Source: Tubulanus polymorphus (lineage: Eukaryota > Animalia > Nemertea). From it: a stretch of 64,000 bases of DNA. The translations under genes and the position numbers were made by a program. The stretch is from assembly GCF_964204645.1 (NCBI RefSeq), contig NC_134030.1, positions 9,699,222 through 9,763,221 on the forward strand, written 5' to 3'. Numbering within the stretch: position 1 is the stretch's first letter; the number at the start of each line of letters is the position of its first letter. Below, piece after piece: positions 26,593 to 41,663 of this stretch. The notes under the pieces are model-generated. The model made no database searches. It saw nothing but the letters and a program-made list of their open reading frames with translations, and was not told the DNA's origin.

Positions 26593-27869
26593 ATCACGAA
26601 ACATCGAATCGCAAACATCGAATCTGAGAAGCAAGCTACGGCCATATTATCACTGTACCTGAAAATATGTGTTTGTAAACATAGACCTAACACTTCGTAG
26701 CGTGAAGTCTACCGTATGATGATGTCCATTGGGTTTTGACTAATGAAATGATTTCTATCGGACAAAGAAAACTCCTGATGTTACAGCTGTACTAAATGAG
26801 AAGAAATCCTACGTGACTTTCCACTATGTACGTCACCAACTGTATTTCTATTTTTCAGCATTTGATCAGAATTATCTAACCGAACTAGTTCTTATATTGT
26901 AAATTGATTTATTGAGTTTCACGGTCGTATGTTTTCCTATTCTTACGATTACTAGTGTTTTGCACGCGGAGGCTTTTCTCGCTCGTCCAACACCGATGAA
27001 CAATAACGTTTCAGAATATGACTCTCAGATTGTTACATTCCGCGCAATATTCTGCTCGCTTTCAACAACCACTCCTGAAACCGAGTTTGATTTTGATACG
27101 AACTACACGTTCGTCTAAAAAGTAGCCGGTTACAGAAACGCCGAGTAATTACGACGTACTCGAAATTGATATTTCCCCCACAGAGTTATCGTTGCATTAA
27201 AAGCATTTTCTAAATTTTACAAGCTGTCGTTCCATTAACTTATCGAAAACTAGTGATTGTAATCACGCTTACATCTGTACAGATAATTGGGCTCCCACAG
27301 TATAGGACCAGAACGAAGAGGGCTGTCGGCTCTGTGTTTAGAGCAACATCGAATAAATATTAAATGTCATGGATGTATTATATAGGCCCAGAAAATGCCC
27401 CTAGATGATAAACATTTGTTGACAAATATTTAGGCTTTTCTTTCCAAATTCACGACGGCTATGCGTGTTTGGCGACTGCAACAGTCATGGGGGGAAATGG
27501 TCGTCAATATGCTTAATTCCTTATTACTTTTACTGATGATAATTACTCCCACTGTGGCAATCGCCATTGATGGGATGGTGAGTTGATCATCAAAGCTCAG
27601 ATTGACTTTCGGCCTGTTCAAACAAACGAGCCAGTCATGCATATGCAGTGGTCGACAATGTAAGGCGGCAGTTGGTGCGTGGAAAAATACATGTATTAAT
27701 TGCCGGATGAATCGTGTATGTTTATAAGGCAGGGTATTCGAGGATACCATAGAATTATAAGCGAACGGGAAAGCCGACTCCTTACAAATCCGCTAGACAG
27801 CTAGTAATCCTGTGTTTTGTTCAGCGCCCTCACAGAATGCCAACGAATCACGAATCGTTTGGACTAATG

Positions 27870-28326
27870 ACAAGAAAACTAACTTGAAAGTTTATTGACA
27901 CAAATACGTATATATCGCTTTTATCATCGACAATGGAAAATCTGGTATAATATTAAGGATCAATAACGTAACTTTGAATTTGAATATGTGGACCATTGAA
28001 TTGACTCGACCAGCAACCAGTGTAATGGGGCAAGCCCAATGTAGGGGGTTTGACAATTTCAAATGGCTCAGGATGAACTTAAAAAACGGCGGCTTTTTCA
28101 ATCGGATTTATGTTGGGTCTAGAGGGTCCAGAGGGTTAGGATGTAGAAGTCCCAGGGGGTTAGGGTAAGGCTACAAGTAGTTAAACAGAAGCGATTCCGA
28201 AAATTCACAATTTAAAACGCCAATACTCGATGACGTAGTGCAAACAGGGAACCCCTTGAATAACGCATACTAGGTATCGATGTTATATAAAAAATATTAT
28301 TCTCACGGTTTTTACGGCGTCAAAAA
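27870..28326 (-). mobile_element. HINE/DINE-1-like copy with internal AGGGTT-like repeats
   Basis: ACAAGAAAACTAACTTGAAAGTTTATTGAC ... TTTACGGCGTCAAAAA. Confidence 0.65.
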
Positions 28327-29671
28327 ATCTAAAAACGAATGCAAATATCGTCTGTGCAGGCTGCAGGCTTTGCATTCATTACTGACACCGACGTGTTCGT
28401 ATTGTTTGTTCAAGGTTGTTGGTAAGCGATGTACGAAAAATTAAACGCCTGACTAGCGTCGCACGTCCATATTTTGATGTTATTCGGTGCGGATTATTTT
28501 TGACGGCAGGTGCCACGCGATTGCGTTTATTTTGCAGAGAAATCCCGCATGGCGCATTTAACTACAGGCGTGGCAATATCTACATTGATTCAGCGGGCGA
28601 ATCTCGTGGTTTATGGCAGAAATCTCCCTCCCCCATTCGTCGTTTGGTCGTCTTTGCTGACGCCACTTTCCCACTCGAAACTTACTAGACGCCTAGAACG
28701 GACTCGTAAATCTACGTACGTGTGAAATGATACGCGGCAAAATTACTAGCCAGCGAGCCTCACCAGGAACTGCCACCTGGGTCACTACACAATGGATATT
28801 TCTTTAAAGTTAGCACGTTGGAAGATCGAAGAAGAAATAGCCAAAACGATAGACTCGTTTACTGATGACGAGTCCATTCTAACGCCACCGGATCAGTGGA
28901 GATACTTTACTTTATTGATTATATCTTAATGTCTCAATTTCGCTTTTCGACCCATTTTGTCTGTGCAAATATCGGCGCCCGTTGTATGCATAGACTATGT
29001 CAAATACTGAATTTGATAACCGTGTGGTATAAACCTAATTGAGCATGGTTTCTGTCTAACTGTCTCGGGTTAACACGTTGAAAACAAAATCCTTAATTAA
29101 CCACCTTTCACGATTCCCCACGGTGTGATGACTTACTGCGTTTTCTCAGCGCAGTTGGGATCGAAACTAAGAAAAGCTGAGAAAGCCGATATTCAAAGAT
29201 CGGTGAATTGAACAACCCCTAAGTCGAACGTTTTCCACGCGCTGAGTGGTGTATGTACGTATATACTGTTTACCCACAGAGTCGAGTCGTTCAATCCATG
29301 ATTTTCATTCGGGCGCTATAAGCCTACTCAGCTGTGAATTGTGCGCAGCTGCCGGGGTTTTTTCATTAATCTCCGCAATAAATGTGTTCAATAATGCCGT
29401 CTAAGCCCAATCGAGAAAACATTCGACGCACGGTATTACAAGTTTTATCGCCAGATTAAAACCACTTAACTGTGCGAAACTGCTGTAATAACATATTTAT
29501 GGATATACGCTTGAATTTACGCGACCACGGGCGGGCGTATATCCCTTCGGGAAGGTTTCCGGGCGGTCGGTTTCCACTTCCGCTGAATGATATCTTTTGA
29601 TGAATAAGGAACACGAGTTTTCTTTGCATTTTTTATTAGAGTGTTGATACCTTTTGTCGAGTGATGTTTAA

Positions 29672-30101
29672 AACAAGAAAATTGTCTTGGAAGTCTATTG
29701 ACGCCTTGAAGAAAAATAACACACATATTGCTTTATATCGTCGACAAGAAATAGTATGATACAAATTTAAACCATATAACATAAAAGATCACTATCACTG
29801 AATTAATTTTGGATTTGAAAATCAATAAATGAATTTACCGGCAACCAGTCTACCCTCGATATACTGATTACGTAGTGACCATCCCCTCAAAAAGTATTTA
29901 TCAAAATTGATCAAAAATGAAATAATACTTATCAAATATATTCAATTATGAAATAAACACCAAAGTTCACAATTGTAATAGTTATTTTGAAACGCCAATA
30001 TTGATGACGTACATCGACCCACAGAGAACCCTTTAATGGAGCATACTGGACATCAATATACGTATATAAACATTATTGTAACGGTTACTACGTCGTCAAA
30101 A
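29672..30101 (-). mobile_element. HINE/DINE-1-like copy
   Basis: AACAAG...TATTGACGCC ... ACCGGCAACCAGTCTA ... CGTCAAAA. Confidence 0.7.
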
Positions 30102-33100
30102 GTGCATTCGCTATTCAGTGTAATGGACAATCACTGACTATTTCGGAAACATCTCGGTCAATGCAATTGACATCACAAGCTTTACCTTAAAAACCACGAT
30201 TCGCGTTGTGGGTGCAGCAATTCGGGGAAAATTGGTAAATGACGATGAGAAACAGAATATACGCCGAGGAGGTTTATGTCACTTAAACGAGCATAATTAT
30301 CTATAGGGACTCCGAAGTTATACTATCATAGTGACGTTAGCCACGAAGATAGATGTCGTAAGTTCTCAGATGATCAGTTTCCTTAGTACTAATGCGGCTT
30401 TAACTGTCGGCCAAGTGGTTAGTTGTTTATGTGTTTCCTCGCTGACGTCCATCAGACGGCAGTCCGGGGAAGTTCTTGCGTCTCCATTAGGATCTGTTGA
30501 TAGCGCAAAGGAAAAAGGAAACGATAAATTATTCCCCATATTCCGATGACCACCGCTGCGACGACGTAGACATGTGTGACCATGTGTGGCGTAATCGAGA
30601 ATACAACCTCCGCATTCTGTTACTGAATCGATAGGAGCACGTGACCTTGATCTTTTAGCGATGAAAGCGTATCGCCCGAATGGCCCCCGAATACTGAAAC
30701 TGATGAAGCGAATTGACACAAAGAACGTCGGAAATTCAACACTGTCTCGATGAAAAAGCTGCGTATATAAACAGTTTCTGGGTCAATTATGTACGTATCC
30801 TTGGTTTGATACGATCTCTAAATAGACATTAAGATACTAGCGAACACTCCCCTGAGAGATTTGGGCATTTTTTCATCTAAATAGAATGCTCGATTTATGT
30901 CCATTGAACGACAAAACATCCGACACGGATGAGACGGGATTGCCTCTCGAGGGACTTTGTTTATCTTAAAACGCGCCGATATAGAAGCTGTGAAAATTTG
31001 AGCAAATTTATTTCCTTATTTCTTCAGCTACATTAAGCAAGTGTTGACAGTAGTTTAGTAGCCCTAAAGCATCTGGCATCAGGACATGTATAATCATAAC
31101 TTCTTCTTCTATGTCTGACTTCTTTCTTGTGCCCTAGTACAGTCCAGGATACCGATATTTGACCTGGCGCTTATTACGTTGCTATCAGAGAATTCCAAAA
31201 CCGAACCGTAACACACTGGAACCACACGTTGGTACGATGCCTTCCAACATAAGTCCCAGACATACACTATATACATATTATATACCACTATTCGAAATGT
31301 CCGGACTTACTTAAAGTGGGTCATTAGTAAGCCAAAGAGTTTGGACATTACGATAAACGAAATCCATTACTGTTGCCCACATGATTTGTATAAAGATTGT
31401 ACTGGCGCTAATTTTTGCTACTTTCCACTCATCTCACGATAGTCACCCTCGACCGTCTCTTCACCTCGGTGCGATGATTTTTCCAATTGGCCACCTTTTC
31501 GTTTATCTCGAACACAGGCGCGGTAGCGATTTCGTCGTAATGGCATTCGCGTGTGATTTGTCGTGATACGACCTCAATTGTGGAATTCTTCAAATTCACC
31601 GAAATGAAAAGAGTTCGATTAATTAATTCGATTCCGTAGACACAATTTATTACAGTTCCACAAGATCCATGCCTGATTCAAAGAAATGCCATACGCATCA
31701 AATCTATTGAGCTCTGTGAAATCGTTCTGCGCAACGAGCGAATACACTATACACTTTTTCGCGTATTGCTTCCAGTCCGATTATTTACGGTGGAGAGCGG
31801 ATTTAAAAAAAACTGCTCTAACAAGCAGCCAATCCCGTTTCAAAGTTGTCAGGCTTGCTGTGACGATATTTGCACCGCCACACGAGCCCTGTGTAACAGA
31901 TAATACGGCGCGCAGTGGGCAAACGAACATCGGGAAAATTATTCGCCTAAAAACCGATATTACAGATCGATGTATCTCGTATACAAGAGCGAGATAGTTT
32001 GTTTAGTTAGACGTGTTCGATGCAGGTCTGTTGCGTACTGACCGCTTCCTTGTATAACTTGCAAAGATTTTTGCGCCGGCCAGTCTTCAGAATCGTAGCC
32101 GAGCGATCAGTTTAGCTCACGAGGACTTAAGGCATTTAATTTACTTTCTACGAGTGTAGTTTAATCATTTCTACACGGAACAATTTCATCAAAGACGTTC
32201 ACCAAGCCTTATATCGGCACACTCGAAATTTTCGAGGACCTGGGCTAGCGAAATTCTGCCATCGCTTATGACGTGCAGCCCGACATCAGTTCTGGTTTTC
32301 GCTCACTAGATTCCACATTGTTTTCATGATTTCAAAAAAAACAGTCAAATCCGTACCTGACCTATTAGGATCGATCTTGGTTTATCTAGAGACGTGCTTC
32401 TCATTTTTGGATGTGGGGGCTAAGACCTATGTCAATCTCATTCGAATAAACTTGTTATATTCAAGTATTTGTCTGACATTTTAGTGGTGCCATCTGGTGG
32501 GATAGCTCGTGGGCCGGCGGGCAGTCATTCGCATACTATTTTGCATTAATCAATCACTAGAGCTTGGAGATAGATATTGTGTGATAGCATACCCAGTTAG
32601 TTGCCTGTCTAATATAAACTTTAAAGTCACAAAATACAGAATATAGCTCAACAAACTACAAAGTGTGTACCCTGAATCTTTAAACGTGCAGCAAGAATTA
32701 TGCGTTTTTCATAAAGCTTCCATCTCATGATACTCATGTCGCAGTGTTGCAGATTTATGGGATGAATTTGACGTGATAGAAAACTAGAGATTCGTGCAGT
32801 TTAAGCGTCGTCAGAGTTAAAAATGGTTTAACATACGGCCTTCGACATTTAATGGATGACGTATATCATATAGATACTTGGACCATAACTCTCAACGATG
32901 TTGAAAAATTCATTACTCGCGAATAGTATCGGATTCGGAGAGGCTGTTCTGCTTCTTGTTTCAGGCGAAGTCTCATTACTCGCGATATCGTTATGGTAAT
33001 ACGAGTACTCTGTCGTTAGTTTGAAGGGCGCGTAAGAGCGACTGATCTGTTTGCGGTTTGTTGCGGAGATTTGCTCTTTCGAGTACGCCATCGCGGGAAA

Positions 33101-33517
33101 TCGTCGTGACCGTAATGATTACATAATATACGCCGGCGAAGACGCTAACTCGAGATAATAGTCGTATGGAAACAAATTCTTTGATATGGCTAGTATATCG
33201 GGATTTTCTAATGTTACTGATCCGTTTTTATCAACGCACACCGCGATCGATAAGCAGATCGCGACGGCGATGGTTTCAAACACGCAGAATTAGATAACGC
33301 TCGAAAGAAAAACGAAGCGAAACGCACAAAAAGCGTGAATGGTTCTTACGCAGACACGACTACGTAATTTGATGACACGACGCGTTGTACGTAAGAATAT
33401 CACTCCAACCAGAATAAAAAATCGACCGTTTCTCGCGCCCTTAATGAAAATGTGATGTCATTCTTTGATAGAAAAAGAGCTTAGCGCACCTAGCACGAAA
33501 TGAACATGACACAACAC

Positions 33518-33620
33518 TTTTTTGACGCCGTAAAAATCGTTATTTGAATACATCGAAATCTTGTGTGCACTATATAAGGGGTTCAGTGTGAGTCGATGTG
33601 CACTACGTCATCGACTGGGT
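33518..33620 (+). mobile_element. 5' fragment of the same HINE-like family
   Basis: TTTTTTGACGCCGTAAAAATCG ... GCACTACGTCATC. Confidence 0.55.
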
Positions 33621-34254
33621 GCGCAGGTACGTGCGCAGGTTTGCCACAGGAAAACTTGCGGCACCAATCAGATCGCCCGCTCGTAATACAGCGTTATTGC
33701 ATTTACCGCTACAGCGCACCGTCTTGGAAGCAGTTAACACTGTCGGTGGACACCCGAATAATACGTATGACGTCCGAGTGTGCCATATCGGACGCAATTA
33801 AAACTCTCATTGAACGACCAAATGGCATTTCGCAACAATACTTGTGACGTCCGTACACAGTGCATCGTAAGAATTCAGTTCAAAACCAATCTAGCCACGG
33901 TTTAAAAGCGTTTAAAACCTGACTCCCATGTATCGCTAGAATGACAAACCGGGTCGGTCACCCAAAATAGGGCACTCCTCTTTGTTACCGGTTTCATTAA
34001 GTGCCCTAGCATGCTGCCTAGCCATGGTTTTCACTGTATTGACGTAAAAAGCCGTCGAGAATCGTCGGTGAAGGAATAGGTTACCGTCACTCACCAGATG
34101 GCGCCACAAAACACTGGGTCATTCGTAATGAGAATCAGTTCATTTTCGATGAAACATGATTTTTAGGCTTCCGAATTCGGTGTGAGGTAAAGATTTCGCT
34201 AAAAATTGATGAACTAATAAAAAAAGTTGACTCAAATGTAGAGTGAATCGATAC

Positions 34255-34329
34255 GCGGTAACCCGCAGTGCCACTAGTGAACCTGGTGGAATTCTCACTT
34301 GCCACAGTAGCGTTTCGGGTATCCCATTG
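34255..34329. mobile_element. MITE family A, internally deleted
   Basis: ACTAGTGAACCTGGTGGAATTCTCACTTGCCACAGTAGCG..GGGTATCCCATTG. Confidence 0.55.
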
Positions 34330-36117
34330 TATAACTAACGAGGACGACACCGAAATGAAACACTTAGATCGCGTTTCACGTACGTAGCGTCTGGAGTAAA
34401 TTCGATTTTAACGTTCGATAGAATAACCCATTCCGCTGCCTAAAAAGTGCTCATTTGCGGAATTAAGTAAACGCGTGTACGTAGAAATCAGATTTATTTC
34501 GTTGTGTCTCCCAGCTAACAACGCAGAATTAGGACATTCGCCGTATTTCGAAATGGACAGCCTGTTGTGGCAAGCATTGTTGCGGTGACGTACACAGCGC
34601 GTCAATCTGGAAGCGGTTGATAGATCACCAGGGGCCCCGTCATTCGGATAATACCTGGTCGCACTGAATGCGGTTCCCGTAATTCCCCCAGTAATAACGC
34701 TTTATGAGAAAGCCGGCAGCTTCCTGACGGCCGCAAAGGCTGCGAGTTGATTGCATCGGACACCGCAAATTAAAAAGCAGCTGGCCGCGGAAAATTGCTA
34801 TCGGTAATACGAAAATGAAAAAGATTATTTCCAGAACGAGCTCGATTTCATTTGGTTATCCGGTAGAGAGATCTTCCATGAAATAGAAGCCCGCGTATAG
34901 AGCATTGATTTGAATGAAAGGAAAGGTTCGTTATAGCCGTTGTCCTCCACCACCAACCAGCAAATATAGTACATACCCAGCGAGTTTAAGAGAGTATTAA
35001 CTATACTTCAAGCCCTTAAAATACCTAAGATGTAAACATTTTCTATTTCGAATATTCAAGGGCGGATCCAGGGACCCCTGTCGAGGGTAGCACAGGGCAT
35101 TCCGAATTTTATAAAATCACCTTTATGCTGCAATGACGTGAAGAGCTTTCTAGCAAATTAACCTGCATTGAGATGCAGTTTCCAGGCAATAAAGACACAA
35201 TCTTGAAGAATTGTGTTTTTGGTTAAAATTATCTACCACGTCTGGTAAAAATGTGCCCTTTACTTTATGGGCATGAGAAAAAAGGCACAAGATTTTCGCG
35301 ACGGTACCACGTGCATACGGTGCTACCGTATGAATCCGCGCCTGTTATTAAATACCCGAGTGAACGGCGTGTGAGTGCAATGCATGTCGTATGGATTCTT
35401 CTGGGTGTTACGGACTAGATAAACTGTGTCAGTCTCTCCGTGTAGCCCCATTATCCTGTTACATTTTTCTCCTTACGTTATATTTGTAACAACGTCCATT
35501 CGCAACATTTTCACGAACATAATTACCAATTACAATTTCGATGAAGAACTGTTACTCCAACTACCCGGTAATATTTTCCCCCATTAAAACCAATATTCGC
35601 CGTGTTCTAATATGCCTCGGTGTATACGGAAATTGCAGGTACGTACGTATAGGCATGATTACCCCCGGATAAGACTAAAGCGGCCGGAAAATTACTGATT
35701 CAACGACGACTATAATCATCTCATGTTGCGCAATATTTCAACGGCAGCAGTCAGCCGGGGGAAATGTCGACGGAGATATCGATGGCCAAAGCCGTCGTGA
35801 ACAATATGGGAATAAAAATAACTAGCGTGAATGTCATTCTACCATCCATTAATAAATCTCAAGTATACTCATCGACTCGCTGTAAACGCAAAATTGAATA
35901 TAAACACGTGGCGATGCCGTTATCACCAAGTCAAAATTGACATGAGAAAATACGACACCTTCATTGATAAGGGAAATGCGTGGCATTTTTTTCCTCGAGT
36001 AAATTCCATACAATCATCGGATAGTTTTAACAGTTTCATCTTAGACTAATTTTTTTGTGGGAGCAAAACAGTAAAATATATGGTCCCGTAATAGCATTTG
36101 TTTTGATGAAATGTCAC

Positions 36118-36231
36118 CCGAATCCAGTTAAACAGTTGTGAGTTAGAGTTAACTCTGAGTTAAAGTTAGTTCATTTTCAATGAGTTAACTCTGAGTTAAA
36201 TCTTAACTCTGAATTGTTGAACTAGACCCCG
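36118..36231. mobile_element. PIF/Harbinger-like MITE
   Basis: AATCCAGTT...AACTAGACC ends with CCG on both sides; internal GAGTTAACTCTGAGTT repeats; homologous to 39408-39515. Confidence 0.65.
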
Positions 36232-39200
36232 AGGCCTGCATTTTAGTTGGATTCTGATAATATTATTCGTCATTGCCAAATCTAATTCCCGGCTTTTCTT
36301 ATACCATTTTCCTATATAGAAGTGTTTGCTCAGCACGATCACGTTAACACGAAACTACCGGTACTACGATGTAAAATTCTACGATCTCCTATTCATTTCT
36401 ATAGTAATTCTATAGTAAATATACACGCTAAGTACGATAGTCCATAATGACTTCACCCATGTTTTAAAGTTTGACTTTTCCGCATTATTTATTGCGTCGT
36501 CCGACGGACGTCAAGCGTGTTGGTATTTTCTGGCAGTTAAAGCGACTACCAGCAAGCAGTACGGTCTTTTCAGGTAATCATGGAATCGAGGTAATCAAGG
36601 ATATGTTTTTATCAAAAGGGTTAAATACGAATTCGGTTTTTTCGATGATTTTTTATTTTCCCACGGGCGTCGTTCTAACGACGTTCGACCTTATATGATT
36701 CCACTATAGGACCTCGGCGAAGTCAGTCGGGTGCGGACAGAACCTGTGTCGTTGTTTTTTATGGTCAACTGTTAATTACACGGCTGGCTCGTGCCGAGTA
36801 CGATTTATCACGACTGGAACCATCTGTTACGGCAAAATGACCTACGATTCGATTACACCTAAGGACCCCGGGGACTCACTGGTGGCGTTGTGACTAGTGG
36901 TTATAAAACCATTTCGAGATGTTAGCTACGCCAGTGGTGGTTCTTGACTAAACGTCAGTGTTCGAGATTCATTTTCTTCTTCAACGGTAAATCTAGACCG
37001 ATTCAATGAGCGTCAACCCTAGAGTAACAGTTTGGCTATAAACATGCCGTATCATTTCACGTGTCTCCAGCATAGCGCGGATAAAACACCGCGTCACGTA
37101 GGCTCATATAGGAAAATATATTACCAATTTCGTCTCGACGTCTTAGAGTTTAGGCGACTTGATAATAATACGTCATGTACGTGGTTTACAGGCGGACGGC
37201 CGGGCCAACATTAAAAGCTCAGCAGAAACGAGGTGTAAAATTGTTTTCCTACTAGTCACATTTTTCGGTGCACTTTACAAGAACTAACGTTCTTTTTGTT
37301 AAACAACCACTTATTTTGATTTTCGGAAGAATACAGTAAAACGAATCGAAACTAGAAATATATTTCATCGGCTTAAGACGTCAAATTCGAGCTTATTCAA
37401 CAGTCGCACATTTTTCGCAAATGAAAAATAAATCGTTAAAGAAAAATCTTTAAAGGATAAATGTCGTCGACGACGACGAACATTATAATGTTCCGATAAA
37501 CAACGTTATTAACTCAATTAGTTTTTTCACACGATCAATCATCGATGTTTATAATTTTCGCCGCTTCGTTGCATTCGGGATTTTATCAAAATACGACTCG
37601 AAATAAGCCCACAATATGAGTGACGGGTAAAATTGATTGCGTTTCTTTTGATCGCTCTAGCGTTGAAAAACATTTCCGTCCTTTTTCATTCTACATTACA
37701 TATGTATATGCTTAATACAATATTATATAGATTACAGTAAATACAAATATCTTCTGGGTTTCAGATAAGCTCAAATATCGATCAACAAGCCCGGTGGTTA
37801 CCGTTTCAAGTTACATCGAGGAATTCAGTTCGATAATTGTTCAGAACCCCGCGAGGAAAGAAAAATTAAATTTCAGAATTATCAATAGATAGAACCTCAT
37901 CCCGTTCGATTCGGCCGAAAATCAGATTAGATTTTCAATTATTTCCCCTATCTATCGGTTTATCGGGTATCTCAGATTAGCCTTTATACAAAATTCCGAC
38001 GCGTGACAAACCGCTTAGCAACATCGCCATACACACACATCTATATACACGGTATTTTGACGCGGAATACGGACGTGTTGCGCCGTTTCTGAAATCGATA
38101 ATGCTCTGGCGGCTTCGGCGGCGATCCCCCCTCCTCTTACCGCACGGGTCCATTAAATTCTCGTGCGTTTTTACAGTTAACTTTTACGAGTGCTCGTTAT
38201 TTCCGGCATGAACGCTATAATAATAACTTCGCTGACTTCGCCGAGTGAGTTTTGTGGCCGCACTTCTGTTTCAATAACGTCAAACGTGTCATAAATTCCA
38301 ATGAATGAATCCGTTTTCCACGCTGTGACTTTCCCTCCGCTTGAAATTTCGTAACGCATCAATCACACGACAAATCGCTTATAGCGTGTGTAGTGGAGTG
38401 ACGTGTCGACACAACGCGATGGATGTGTTCGATTATGCGTTCCGCACACGATTTTACGTCCGGGGTGTTTGAAACTGTACAACTCCGGCAGACTAGAAAG
38501 CGGTCGGACAGACGACCGCGTGGTCCCGGAGCCGAGTCGACTATGATGTATACAACATAAGGAATGTCTAAATTAGATTTCATGCGACAGGTCGATTATC
38601 AATCGCTTCCGAATCAGACCCGCGCCGAGTGGGGGTTCGAGGGTAGCGAACGAACCCCTAAAACTTTCAAAGTACCCCTCAAAAAGTCAGTGTCAAAAAG
38701 TGTGGGTCAAGATTTTTGGAAATTTATCGCGCATACAATTTTCATAGTTTTTTTGGAAAATGAAAAGTAATTCCTTCTCGATGATTTGTTCACTTACGCG
38801 CGCACTTCAAATTCAAGATCTGTCCTTTTTCAATAGGAACGTGCCCATTTTCAAGGTGAAAAGTGCCCTTTTTCTTGAAATAGAACATTTTGTTAACAGT
38901 GTCGTTGCGATAGATAAGTAAGCTTTTACGTTACAGCTACTCTCAAAAAATATCGTTTTACAAGTGGACGATAAGAAAGTAACCCATTTTAAGATCGCTT
39001 GTCAGATTCCCTGTTGTAGATTTATTAGCCACACGTGCTTCAGATTTGCAGTGATATGTGACAATATAATCACACATGAGAGTTAACCAGGATTCGATAG
39101 TTGTATGTACCAGCTCGACCTTTTGTCGACCCAGTTCGGGCAATCTTCTGTCCACACGTCATTACCGTTTAGACACATTGCTATCGCCTCATAAATATTT

Positions 39201-39263
39201 GAAACTCTTTGTTTTCAGAGATTCTGGTGACGATCTGAACGCATTTAACACAGTCTTAAACAT

Positions 39264-39518
39264 CGGGGGCCGGTTGCATAGTCATGGCTTAGACTTAAGA
39301 CCAGTCTAAGACCAACTTAGTTCTATAGCCAATCCAACAGTTTAAGACCAGTCTTAAGATTTAAGACCACTTTTGGACTTAAGTCACGACTGTGCAACTG
39401 GCCCCTGGGCCCAGTTCCATAGTCTCGAGTTAAGATTTGACTCCCAGTTAAAACATTGAAAATGAACTAATTTCAACTCAGAGTTAAATCTATTTCACAA
39501 CTGTGGAACTGGATCCTG
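39264..39518. mobile_element. Two abutting PIF/Harbinger-like MITEs (39267-39404 and 39408-39515)
   Basis: GGGCCGGTTGCA...TGCAACTGGCCC, then CTG, then GGCCCAGTTCCA...TGGAACTGGATC, then CTG. Confidence 0.75.
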
Positions 39519-41317
39519 AGTTTCTGTAAAGCGTACGTATTGCGGTCTAGTTCCAATGACACTCATAAAGCCTATACTTCAAGTTATTCAAACCCGTCGC
39601 GTGTCTTCGTGTGATATTTGTCATCTGCATTACTTATCTAATTATTGGTAATATCGACTGATACTCGAACTTAATATCGCGATATCCGAGTTATGCGGAA
39701 TGTGGGTTCAAGACCCAGTTATAGAACACAACACTGTGACAACTTCTTTCCGCTGGGAAAAAAATCAGTTTCCGTTCGGTTTGAAGATGCTTGATTTCAA
39801 CGATCGAGATCCTGCCAAATGATTATTACAGATTCGGAACAGAAATGCATAGTTCTGATCATTAAAAATCTAAAGCTGGTTAATTTGATATTTCTTTACA
39901 CGGAATTTTCTTGGGAGACATGCTAATAAAAGGTTATCGGCACGACCTAAATGTCATATCAATTACGACCACACGGAGGCTATTGAATTCGAGGTTTAAA
40001 AGGATTTGCAAAGATTTCACCAAAGAAACCGCACAAAAAGAAACCTTTTTTGGATGTCCATTATAACTGGAGAGTCGCACGGAAGTATCACAATCATATC
40101 TAGTTTCAAATAAAGTGGAAGACTTATACAACCTATAGCGCTGGTAACGTGAAAGTCAATTGGATTGAAATGAAGTCCTTATGTATTCAGTGTCTACGTA
40201 CACAACAGTGAACATTTGAGTTCACAAGGAAATAATTTGGAAAAAAATGATGAAGTTCAAAGGATACATTCAAGGGTGTATCGAAGTGGGCCAAAGCTAC
40301 CCTTCTTTTTTGCGGATAGAATTTTTCATAACCTAGCTTAAGAAAGTAACACATATACGGTGGCAAATCATTGCCAGTCGTCTAGTTACTCTAGATGTTC
40401 GGAAAACGACCAAAACTTTTGAAAATTGTCTTTTGTCTTTGGGGAGGGCCCCTAAAACCTTTACCTTAAGGACTTCGCGCCTACGGTCACGCATCTAGTA
40501 CGTGTATGCAACAAGGCTTTGGATTTGTTTAGCCCCCCACCCCATTCAAAATCCGTGGATCCGCCTACGATATTGGTATTCCTATCCATCATCACGTCGT
40601 CTAGATTGTAGCTTATCGCTATCGCAAAGGTTGGCGTCGAAAAAGTGTCACCGTTTTCCCACTAATGAATACCGGAAGAAATCCTATATGATAATAGCGG
40701 ATTACCCACTGAGTGCTACTACACTCGTCGAGCTTGTCTTATCATTCAACGTATTGTCGCCAGTTCATGAGCGCTGTATGACGCTCGCAGCGAAATTTCA
40801 TTATTATTTACTACCGTTCTCGATAGCTGCATGTCGTGTAATTATGTGAATGCCTTTTTTGAATTTATCCGATAACAAGAAACCTGGCGGCGAGGCTCAA
40901 TTTTTCAGATGTCAACTCCGTCTGTAAACACGGTAATTGTAACCGTTCTCGTGGAGCGGCATGGTTTTCTGGAGGATAATTGGCGTCGAAAATGTGTGTT
41001 CTTTGTTTCGCCGAAGCTCATTCCCCGAGGGTGCGCTTCGCTCTTTTCTCTTAACCGTTTCGACAACAACGTGATGGTTTTTCTGGGTTTTCTTAAATCG
41101 AAATTAGAAATGCAGTTCTCGTTGCGTTCCGATGGGTTCATATCACTACCACGTAAGTCGATTAAGGGATCAGCACTGTTCTTGATACGATGGACTATGC
41201 AACGGGCCCGCATCTCCGCAGTGTAATGTGACCTCCATAGGACCGCATGCATCGTCTCGTGGAGGGTTAACGCGTTCGCCCGTCAGTCAACTCGACAAGA
41301 AATTCTGTTTCACGCAG

Positions 41318-41663
41318 ATGGGGAAACTGCGACCTCCTGTGGCATTCGAGGATTCCACTCATGGCAGGCGAAGATCCGTCAGGTTCGCTAGTAGTAACTC
41401 GGTCTTCCGCGTTCGATTTCTTCTACATTGCTATTAAAACTGAATCAGCTGTTTCGTGAAAATCAATAATCAATGAAAACTATTCCGATATCTTAGAAGA
41501 AAAATGAATTCATGTATATATTGGTAGGTCATGTGATAATGTATTGATTCGGGAGCCTAAGAATTCAGTCAAAAGTTCTGAGAAAATGAACTAATTTCGT
41601 CAACGTATGACTGAGCGCTCGTCACGCTAACCGGTAAGATAGTTGGTGTTGCGGTTCCCCATT
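41318..41663. mobile_element. MITE family A copy (opposite orientation)
   Basis: ATGGGGAAACTGC ... GATTCCAC..ATGGCAGGCGA.GATCC ... GGTGTTGCGGTTCCCCAT. Confidence 0.65.

Noticed and set aside
28110-28172. TTAGGG-like interstitial telomere repeat
   Set aside because: Too short and degenerate; lies inside a HINE-like element
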